Source: Eledone cirrhosa (lineage: Eukaryota). From it: a stretch of DNA of 64,000 bases. The translations under genes were made by a program, and so were the position numbers. This document shows, piece after piece, positions 54,173 to 64,000 of the stretch. A model generated the notes under the pieces. It was given only the letters and a program-made list of their open reading frames with translations, was not told the origin of the DNA and searched no databases. Position 1 is the stretch's first letter. Each line of letters opens with the position of its first letter. Location: the NCBI GenBank assembly GCA_964016885.1, contig OZ024749.1:53506001-53570000 (forward strand), in the 5' to 3' direction.

Positions 54173-55183
54173 ATGTCTTCGTGCGAGACGTGCACTTTCA
54201 ACTATTATAACTGTATTCATAAATTTTACGAGGATAACGAGAAAAGTATTGAGTTTTTGCGTTCTCATGGTGTCCTACCTACGACAGTCACTTGTCCTCG
54301 TTGTAAAACACACTGTAATTATCGGAAAGACCAGAATCTTTGGCGTTGCAGAAAAAGTTATGTTCTGTCTAAAACTAAGAAAAGGCGCTACTGTGAATAC
54401 TCTGCATCCGATTTCAAAGGTTCATTTTTAGAAAATACTAATATCCCTCCGTGGAAAATCATTCTATTCGTCAACCATTTTCTCAGTCACTTATGGGATC
54501 ACAGAACTATGCTGGAATGTCTGAAAATTTCTTCAACGTCATCGGTAGCCTGGCGGTCATTTTGTTGTGAAGTTACTGACGGCTGGTTTTCTAACCAGGA
54601 ACCGATCGGCGGTGAAGGAATCGAAGTGGAAACAGGCAAAACTTTGATTGATCACCGCAAGTGTGAGAAAGGTCAGATTCTGAGCCAGATTTGGTTGTTC
54701 GGTGGAATAGAACGAGAGAGTAAACGTCGCTTTGTTGTGTCATTACCAAGTTCTACTGATGAGAAACACGACAAAACTTCACTCCTTCCTTTCATTCGGA
54801 AGTTTATCAAACCTGGCTCTGTTATTTATACTGATTCTTTGACTGGTTACGAAACTCTAAGCGATTTAGGCTACAGGCATTTTGCTATTAACAATTTAGA
54901 AAATGTAGATAAAACTAATGTTAACACAGAGAATATCGAAAGGTTTTGGCGGGATTTGAAGGAATGGGTAAAAAGGCCAGGTATTCGGTCAAAATATTTA
55001 TATCAGTACCTGGCAAGATATTTATTCATTTCTTCAATCCAAGACAAACAAAATCTACTCCACCAATTTTTTATCGAGGCAGCCAAATTATATCAGCCTC
55101 TCTCAGACAGAGAGCGACCCCCAAACAATTTGGAATTAGATTCTGGGTCGGAAGAGCATCAGTCTGCCTCAGCATCTTCATAA
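54173..55183 (+). CDS. Merlin/IS1595 (ISXO2-like) DDE transposase-derived protein, 336 aa, intact ORF
   Basis: N-terminal CPRC..WRC..C zinc ribbon, WRSFCCEV, IGGEGIEVE, WLFGGIER, LLPFIRKFIKPGSVIYTD, NTENIERFW, YLYQYL; first ATG at 54173 (the track's GTG at 54011 runs through the promoter motifs). Confidence 0.88.
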   Translation: MSSCETCTFNYYNCIHKFYEDNEKSIEFLRSHGVLPTTVTCPRCKTHCNYRKDQNLWRCRKSYVLSKTKKRRYCEYSASDFKGSFLENTNIPPWKIILFVNHFLSHLWDHRTMLECLKISSTSSVAWRSFCCEVTDGWFSNQEPIGGEGIEVETGKTLIDHRKCEKGQILSQIWLFGGIERESKRRFVVSLPSSTDEKHDKTSLLPFIRKFIKPGSVIYTDSLTGYETLSDLGYRHFAINNLENVDKTNVNTENIERFWRDLKEWVKRPGIRSKYLYQYLARYLFISSIQDKQNLLHQFFIEAAKLYQPLSDRERPPNNLELDSGSEEHQSASASS

Positions 55184-57569
55184 GGTAATTCGATTTACTT
55201 CTATGGTAGTTCTTAGCAAGTTTAGGTCTGTTAAAGTATTTTTGCTTCTTTTTAATGGTTTATTCACCTACACAAGAAACCCATGTTTCTATTAAGGAGT
55301 ACCTTGAAGTTTAGCTGAAGAAAAAAAACGGATAGTTTCAGACGGGTTTTAAAGGTCAAATTCATCCGAAACATCAAAAGACAAATTTCCTCGCCAAAGG
55401 GAGAAACAGCTAATAGCATTGTAGTGCCACTGTTTTTGATATTTTGGTATTATTGTAGAAAAACACCCCCACCGATTTCAGTGGGGAATAATTTTTCTTT
55501 TTCGTGTGCTATCAATTAAATTCACCTCTTAACATACTGCGAAAGGCTATTTTCCCGAAAAAGGGAGAGGGGGACCCTCGGAGTTTCCCCTACCCAAGCC
55601 CAAACATGCACCCAAAGTTTTTCCCTCAATTTTTTTTTTCTCGTGCTACCAAATAATGTTACCTCCTAACATGCCACAAAGGACTTATTTAGGATCCGTA
55701 TATAAGGAGGGTGCAGCGCAGGCAAGTGGCTAGACACCTCTCATAACGGGACCCCCCAGCTCCACGCTGTAAACGTGGTTGGTATTAGGAAGGGCATCTA
55801 ACTGTAAAAAAAACGGCCAATATACAGTTCCGTTTGAGCAAAGTACGGCGTGGTCAACTGGCCAGACTTGCCTCAACGTGGACAGCCCATCTAACCCACG
55901 CAAGCATGGAAAATATGACGTTAAACGGCGAGGATGATATATAGATATAGATATATTGCCGGTACCATATTAAAATGCACCCAGTCCACCCTGTAGTCAT
56001 AAAATTCTTCCAGTCCACTCTGTATGGTAATAGTGCTGGTGTCATTACAAAAAGTACCCAGACCAAGATGATAGGGCTTGAGTCGCTATAAATAGCTCCC
56101 AGTACACACTGTAAAGTGGTTGGTATTAGGGAGAGTATCCAGTGGTGACGAATTAACAGTTGCTAGAACATCAGATAGAATGATTTACATTATTTGTTCT
56201 GGCTCTGGTCTTTGATTTCAAATCCTGCCACAGTCAACTTTGCTTTTCATTCTTTCGCGGTTGATAAAGAAAAAGTACCAGTGTAGTACTAGGGTTGATT
56301 CTTCCTCTCTCTCACTCACTATACTTCTCTGGAAGAAATCTGCTGTACTCAGACCTGGAGAGGGATGGGCTCTGCCAGGCTTTAAAATGCCCAAGAAACG
56401 CCATATGCCACTACGGCGTCACTACAACTCCGTCAGGAGTTAGGGAACCATACCAATACCAGTTGTAGAAACCAACCCAAGGGTACGATGTAGTCACCTG
56501 ACCAGTATGTGAACCTGCTTAACGAAGCATGGAAAATAGACAATGAACGATAATGATTACGATTATATCTATATTTCTTTTCTTTGCAGCCTTTAAAAAG
56601 AAATATCTACAAAAAATTGAAGAAAATTATAATTTAATTGGTTATTTTGGGAATAAGATGACCAAATCTTATCAAAATGGTGACAAAAGACAATTTGTGT
56701 TAATGAAAAATTAGATACTTTTTTTTTTTTTGTAAAATATTTTAAGCTGCTTCTACTTTGCTCACCTATTCCTGGGAGGGGTCTCTGGACAGAGTCCTCA
56801 AGAACTCCTTCCAGAAGCAGCTGTATCCCCAAGTGAGACCAGATTAACATGTGGATGTTATCCAACCATCCTGCTCAAGGTCTACCCTTGAGTCTCCTGT
56901 CGGTTGGTTTTGCCCGTAAAATCTCTCCAGCGCTTCTTTCCTGAGACATTCTAACCACATGCCCATAGTATCGGAGCTGTGATCTCTCAATTCAGAGAAG
57001 TAATGGCTCTACCTGGAGTGACTCTCTGATCTCTGAGCTACACACTCTATCAAGTAATGTTACTTTCAAAACCTCATTTCAACCGCATCATATTCTTTCA
57101 TTTATTACGTAAGATTCATGAACATAGGTAAACGTTGGTACAAATACTGAATTGAAGATAGCGAGTTTGGCTTTTACACCTACCTCCCTTCTTTTGATTA
57201 CTGAATGCTGAAGCTGGCGTATTACAGCACCAGCTCTTGTAATTCTTGCACTTAATTCAGCCTCCTGTCTTCCATCACTTGTGAAAACGGTCCTGAGATA
57301 CTTGAACTTCTCCACTTGCTTAGTAGAGAGAAAAGTACCAAATTGATGACTGGCATGAATAAGACTAGCAACTGTAATATTGTTAGTGGTTTGATGCAAT
57401 AACATTTGTACCATATCATCCTTCGCGTGGGGTAACAAGGGACCCGTTCAGGCTGTAGGTAGAGAGGCCTGTTTGAAGCATATAATTGCAGTTTCCATAC
57501 AACTCTGAGTTCAGAAGATATTAACAAATGGCTGATATCAATTATGCTTTGATGTCTTGAACAGAAAAT

Positions 57570-57890
57570 GACAAACGTAACATTGAATTCATTTTTGAAC
57601 CAATCACCGTCAAGACCTCAGGTGTCCTCGGACCTCATACAGCCGAGCGCCTCTGTAAAATCGGAATGCCACCAGCTTGTCTGAGTAACGAGCCCTGCGA
57701 GATGGGGTGGCTGTTGCAGTGGGTGTCACTGGCAGTTGTCTGTGGAAATACCTTTGCAGTTTTGTCTGCGGGGCTCAGCTGAAACACCCTAACCCCAACC
57801 TAGGCATAGTGCCTGTCACTCCCCTTTCTCTCTCTTCCGTGGCCTAATAGTACTTGCTCTTTCCCTCCTTTTCTTATGGCATTTATTGTT
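57570..57890 (+). mobile_element. CRE-like non-LTR retrotransposon 3' fragment
   Basis: FIFEPITVKTSGVLGP..EMGWLLQWVSLAVVCGNT, the C-terminal end of restriction-like endonuclease elements. Confidence 0.65.
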
Positions 57891-58646
57891 CGTCTTCACT
57901 CCCCCCTTTTTTTTCATTATTTATATAATTAATTATTGTTTCTACTTTAGGCACAAGGCCAGCAATTACTCAGTGCATTACTGGTACTTTATATAATTAA
58001 TTATGAAAGTTTAATAAATAATTTAAATTAAAAGAAAGAAATCATTATACACAAATAAATATATATTTATTATGAAAAATACACAATATAAATATCGCAG
58101 CAGCATTTACATCCTTTAAATTGGTTATATTTCCAAACAATATATTTTTAGAACTTTTATTTTCAAGAGTGCTTTTTTTAACTCAAAAGATTTTAAAAAA
58201 AGTAAATTAATAAACTTTGGATCCATCGTTTCTTTTATTGTCATTTTTTTTTTTTTTGCAAAAAAATTTATATAGTGGTATTTATTGCTTTTCAGATAAA
58301 ATCACATTGTTATCTATAATGATGTGGTTGACAGTAATCAGTAGAGTGTCGGACAACATACTTTGGGACATAAAGTTACCGACACTTTCCAGTTTGAGTT
58401 CAAATCAAGCCAAGGTTAGCTTTGCCTTTCATCCTTACAAAGTTGATAAAATAAAATACCAGTGACGCACTGGGGACCTGAATCCATGCGGTTCAAAAGT
58501 GAGCTTCTTAACCATACAAGCAATGCATAGAAAATCCTCTAAAACCAGATGTTTGAGCTTAGAAGCCTACTTTCAGAATGTGATAACCTTTCTAACCCAT
58601 GTAAGGAAGGGAAAATATATGTTAACGATGATGTGCTCCTTCCTAC

Positions 58647-58994
58647 TACTTTCGGGTCTCAAATAACCGTCCCCCCTTCCTGCCCTTATTCCAACCCACC
58701 CCCACTTATTAAAATTTTGCTAATCTATCTCCTCTGAAATTTTATTTTAATTGGTAGCATTCTTGCAACAATTTTCTTTATACATTATAAAAGATTATAC
58801 ATGACAAAAAAAATACATTCCTAGAAATCCCATACATTATAGAATCAATAGAATGAGTTGTGGTCTCAATATGTAAACTAAACGACTAATTCTGGTTTTA
58901 AAAAAAAAATCAATGGAGATAACCTTGAGAAATTACCGATTTTCCAATACCTCCACTTATTCCTCCTCCCCCTATTATTTGGTACCCGAGAGTA
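58647..58994. mobile_element. MITE with 20-bp terminal inverted repeats (truncated inverted copy 63097-63300)
   Basis: TACTTTCGGGTCTCAAATAA (58647-58666) vs TTATTTGGTACCCGAGAGTA (58975-58994); TA ends suggest Tc1/mariner/pogo superfamily. Confidence 0.8.
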
Positions 58995-59025
58995 TATTTA
59001 TTTTTCTCCTTTTCAAATACTTCAG

Positions 59026-59127
59026 ATCCTTTATATTGAGTGACTGCCTATGTTCATTTTAGCAGAGGTCATTGATTGTCTTCCTGGCATAGAGGAAGGG
59101 AGACAATCAGATACTGTTAACAAAAAA
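59026..59127 (+). other. Candidate exon with ATG at 59050 (MFILAEVIDCLPGIEEGRQSDTVNKK)
   Basis: Pyrimidine tract + TTCAG acceptor, AAA/GTAAGT donor, 26 open codons ending in phase 0; no homology recognised. Confidence 0.35.
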
Positions 59128-59344
59128 GTAAGTCTATGTCTGCCTATATTGTGAGCTACTTACAGTGCATCTCATACATTTAAATATTTAGATTTTGTTG
59201 TTAGATAAGTCCTGAGAAGCAAACCACGTATAGATATCATTCACTGAAAGCTTCAAGGCAACTCATGACTCCAGCAAACCTGATATGTTGTGGTGTTTGT
59301 ATGATATAAGTTCATATTACACAATATAAAATCTTGTTATTAAA

Positions 59345-59660
59345 ACCAGCTTCTCTTTTAGCTACCTGATACTGGTCTTTACTGCCCCCATTTTTTCAGT
59401 CTTTCCATGTCTGTTTCTTGGCTTTAACAGCTCTATCTACAGAAACTGTTCCATCACCAGGTATTATTTCTGTCTGTCTGTCTGGTACTTTGCTCCAGCC
59501 CCAACCCTCTTCTGTAGCCTGCTGTAGGTTGTCTCATAGAAACTTCTAATTGTCATATATATCTTATTCCTTGTCTTATTATATAAAGCTTTTCTGAACC
59601 CATATTTAACAGGTCCTTTAGTTTTCATACTCTTCTCCAGATTTTCCTGCATTTCATGTT
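59345..59660 (-). mobile_element. Degraded RTE LINE internal fragment
   Basis: Remnant TW*WN..VDRAVKAKKQTWKD*KNGGSKDQYQVAKREA from the endonuclease-RT linker. Confidence 0.65.
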
Positions 59661-59898
59661 TCATCTTGTGCTTATTCTGATGTCACAAAAACATTAGTTA
59701 TGTTATGTGGTACATTCGGTTTCCGAAGAAGACTGTCTGATCGAACCTATATATGATGTCTGATAGTATACAGTAATATAACAGCTATAGATCAGTCAGT
59801 ATGATCAACCATCCGAAACGATTGTAAAACAATATGAATAGGTAAAATAACTTGACTTTGTTATTATTTTCATTGTTAAATTAATATCTTATATATAT

Positions 59899-60310
59899 AA
59901 GCCGACCTTACCCAATTACACCTCTCAAAGGCAATGATACACGACCGTGACCTCTGGCGTCACGCAGTAATACAGAGTACCCGACCTCCCATGGGTACAA
60001 GCTGAAGCATATAGACAATATGCCCCCACACCCCCACTGCAAGGTGGTCGTGGAGGTGCCACGGCAAAAAAGCACCCAGCCTGCACTGTAAAGTGGACGT
60101 GTAGGCGCCACGAAAAAGCACCCAGCACTCACTTTAAATGAGGTTGGTGTTAGGAAGGGCATCCAGCTGTAGAAATCAAGCCAAATCAGTTCCTGTATGA
60201 GCAAGGCATGGTCAGCCGACCAGACTGCCCACAACAGGACAACCCGTCTAACCCAAGCTAGCGTGGAAGAACGGATGTAAAACAGTGATGATGATGATGA
60301 TGATGATGAC
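59899..60310 (+). mobile_element. RTE LINE 3' fragment
   Basis: Closely matches 30320-30633; (GAT)n tail. Confidence 0.88.
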
Positions 60311-61011
60311 CCACATGCACACATAATTATGATCTACGCAGTTTTTGAAATAATAACTATAGATTAACAGAGAAATAAAGAAGGTAGGTAGGTGGATAGG
60401 CAGGTAGACACTTAGGTAAACATATAATACATAGATAAGTAGAAAGCTATAGATAGCTGTTGCTCCTACAATTGGCTACCTTGTCAATACTGCGGATGCA
60501 TGGGAGAGGTAGGGAGGAAGATATCAAATGTTCAAACAAATCTAACACAAAGGTTGTCACATGCCATATAGCAACTGCGCTTTATTATTTTCATTGTTAA
60601 ATTAATATCTAATATATATATATACACACGCAATTATGATCTATGCAATTTTTGAAATAATAACTATAGATTGACAGAGAGATAAAGAAGGTAGATAGGT
60701 AGATACTTAGGTAAACATATATATATGCTGCTCCAACAATTGGCCACCTGGAAGATATGTTGATATTTATTGTTTACATTCAATATTTCTCAATGTTCAA
60801 ATGAAATGAAAAAAACTGGTTCTTCAAACTTATCTTTTAATTTTTGTCTAAACTAAAAACAGCAGTTTTCTAGATTTGTGCTTTGAAGTGAACAATTGTT
60901 GTATATATCATCTCAACCATCCCTGAATACTCGACAAATATCCTTAACCATAACAGGTATGTACTTCAGATATTCTATTATGTGTATATTTTACTTTTCG
61001 TGTAAATAACT

Positions 61012-61251
61012 TTAACCCTTTTGTTACCAACCTGACCAAAACTGGCCCTGGTTCTATGAAACAAAACCACCCATTTTAAAGGTTTCCTATTTAAATTAAA
61101 ATCTTGCAACGTAATTTTTTATAAGAACCCTACATTAAGTTACTATCTTAGTAATGAAATAATCAATAATTTTAGTAAATCCCTCAAAAGTCTTCATTAA
61201 TTAATTAAAATAGAGTGTATTTCATTAGAAATGCAGTCATGAAAGGGTTAA
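61012..61251. mobile_element. piggyBac-type MITE (related fragment ~23745-23855)
   Basis: TTAA-CCCTTT ... AAAGGG-TTAA termini. Confidence 0.7.
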
Positions 61252-61409
61252 TATAAATATTTACTTCTATCAACAACTGCTATTTCAATAAAATTTAAAT
61301 TATTTAATATAGGAACCTCCAGGGCAGAACTTTCATCTGCTGAGGCCCTAAGATATATGAAAGTTGAGGCTCTTCTCTAAAAAAGAATCGCATTGCCTGC
61401 TGCACTCCA

Positions 61410-62078
61410 TAGGAGGGAGCATGAGAGTCTCTGACTGTGGCGTCCCAGATGAGACACCTGCCTCTTACCCAGAGACAAAGGGTAAAACCATCTGGTCTCT
61501 TCCCATCAATTATGTATAGTTTGGTGCAGCCCTAGCTCGGATAAATATCCCCTCAGTTCTGGAGCCAGCTGGATTATACATAATTGATGGGAAGAGACCA
61601 GATGGTTTTACCCTTTGTCTCTGGGTAAGAGGCAGGTGTCTCATCTGGGACGCCACAGTCAGAGACTCTCATGCTCCCTCCTACGTTGTGAATGCTACGG
61701 AATAACAATCTAAAGTACCAGGAATTATCGGTAAACCATTTCTTCCAAGCTGTGGTGTTCGAGACTTTTGGGGGAGCTGGGCCACTGACAGCGAAGTTCT
61801 TGACATCGTTCGCCTTATCGAAGTGCCAGATGATGCTTGGTTGTTTCAGTGCCTTGTCACCACTCGCGGTAATGTTGCGAACGTGTTGGCTTGCCTCGAA
61901 AATGTTCGATGACTTATGTGTGTGACCAATTGATGCCCTGATTATATATTTTTGCATATTATATTTATAATTTTCCTAGTAATAATTAATTGATTATATC
62001 TATGTATTTCTATTTAATCTTTTATATTTGTTATATGATGATAAAAACGCTTTTTCAAAAAAAAAACAAAAAAAAAAA
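61410..62078 (+). mobile_element. CRE-like non-LTR retrotransposon 3' fragment with 109-bp 5' inverted duplication
   Basis: [38 protein letters not shown] restriction-like endonuclease motifs; A-rich end 62057-62078; 61410-61518 mirrors 61575-61683. Confidence 0.8.
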
Positions 62079-62365
62079 TGGGTGAAAAATTTTAAAATAA
62101 GGCCCCGGAGGGTGTGTGACCCTAAGTTACGGCTTATCGAGTTTATAGGTAAATCCAACACTGAGAACTGCCAATCTCTCCATCTATGGGATTCTTTCAG
62201 CTGATATCGTAATCGAAACCAATAACATAATATCAGTTTTAGTGAATTCTAGATCATATTTTGTTCTATCAATACATATGTTATTGTCCTTTACTACAGT
62301 GAGTCATGCGACTGCGAACTCTTGGCTATTTTGTTTCAGTCATACAGGAACGTAAACAGACACAC

Positions 62366-62401
<36 letters not shown>

Positions 62402-64000
62402 ATTGTATTGTTAACTTCCTTGTTAGTTTATATACACAGACGTTAGTAGCCAATGTGTTAGAATGAACTGGAGGATCACTGAATATCGGTCTCTACTGAA
62501 ACACCCACTATCTATTCTCATTGTGTTTGCTATCGTCACACACAATGAAACCTCGTATTTAAATTAGGTAACATTTACTACTTACATCGTTTAGTGTTGA
62601 AATTAAATAAAAGTTTTGTTTATATCCGGTTTAAATATTTCTAGAGCAGTGAAGTAATCAGAAATTACCCAGACTTTATTATAATTTATTTTTCTTTCTA
62701 TAAATGAAGTGTTGCATTAGTTTCGTATGTAAGTATATATATAGAAGACACGCCTCTTGATTTATTTCAATACAAACTCTATTCATAATTGTTGCTTTAA
62801 AAAATAATTGAAATTAGGTGTGTTCCTATACTACGTCTGATAAAATAAATATAAAAGACTAGGTCCACACGTCTATCACTTCGTTTGTATACAACTTCAA
62901 TTAGAAGGTATTTATTCACTTTTCTTTTAAATTTTATCAAGACTAAAAACAGTTTTCTAGGTTTGTAATTTGAAGCAAGCAACTGTTGTATATATCAACT
63001 CCACTATCTCTGAACACTCCACTAATATCCTTAATCACAACAAATACGTACGTACGTGTATACTTCTGATTTTATGTGTATATTTTACTTTCTGTGTACT
63101 TTCGGGTCCCAAATAATAAGGGAGGCGGTCGGACAAGCGGAATGGTGTTGGAAAATCGGTAATTTTTTTAGGTTGTCTCCGTTGATGGTTTTAAAAACCA
63201 GAATTAGTAATTTAGTTTACATATTGAGACCCTAATCCATCCTATTTATTTTATAACGTATGGGATTTCTATTAATGTACTTTTTTTGTCATGTACGTAT
63301 AATGATTTCCTTATTACTCTGATGTTTCGCCTGTTTACCACAGAATTATCAGATGATCCTGTGATAAACAGCTGAAACTCCAGAATAACAAGACTCACTT
63401 TTATCTTTAATAATAATTATTTTTACTTTTGGCACAAAGCCAGCAATTATCCCAGTGTATTACTGGTACTTTATTTTATCGATCCCGTAAAGATGAAAGG
63501 CACAGTTATCCTTAATAATAATGAATATTAAAACTCTACTTCTATGGGAGGGACCAACAGACTCTACACTCCAGTTTGGGTGGTATCTCTCAGTTATGTC
63601 CTGTGGACAAGGGCATTGTCACCCAGAGTGGACAGTGACACCTGTTGCAACAGCCACTCCACCTCATGGAGCTCCTTGCTTAGGCTACCATTTTTCCAAT
63701 TTTGTGAAGGAAAGTAGCAGTTCGGCACTTAGGACACCTGAATTAAATAAACAATTGACTGATAAGTTTAAGAAAGCTGGTACAATGTAGTAGAAGACAA
63801 AGGATGACAAAAAAAAACAAGTAATGTTTTACCCTGTGTATTTCAACATGATATTTCAGGGCTAGTATCCTCTTTAACTGTTGAAATACTACTTTAAATA
63901 AACATTTTATGGTGTGGTTTTATGAAATATTACAAGACCTACTTGTTACTGTGTTAATGACTAAAATAATGTTTATAATTTTCATTCCTCATTTCAGATA

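Noticed and set aside
54173-55183. Bacterial IS1595 contamination or recent horizontal transfer
   Set aside because: Flanked by the same eukaryotic repeats as the rest of the window; Merlin is the established eukaryotic branch of this family.

Overview
AT-rich, repeat-dense eukaryotic (animal) genomic DNA with spliceosomal introns. The SINE/RTE/CR1/CRE repeat mix looks like that of octopod cephalopods (inference only). Three intron-containing host genes can be rebuilt exon by exon: the 3' half of WDR44 (+, 12 exons, 1863-11963), a complete GT7 beta-1,4-glycosyltransferase (+, 6 exons, 19867-25038) whose donor-site Leu predicts GalNAc transfer, and a complete CYB5R4/NCB5OR (-, 14 coding exons, 48635-31013) needing one GC-AG intron. 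There is also an intact intronless Merlin/IS1595 (ISXO2)-family transposase ORF (54173-55183) with a substituted catalytic motif, a CCAAT/GC-box promoter and a splice donor right after its stop: the best candidate for something undescribed (domesticated transposase, possibly bicistronic). The rest is a deleted Gypsy element, RTE, CR1 and CRE LINE pieces, SINEs, MITEs, Penelope-like hammerhead remnants, two perfect fold-back hairpins at LINE 5' ends, and minisatellites. No CRISPR, rRNA or true tRNA genes were seen. Coordinates were counted by hand, protein comparisons are from memory, and repeat boundaries are approximate.
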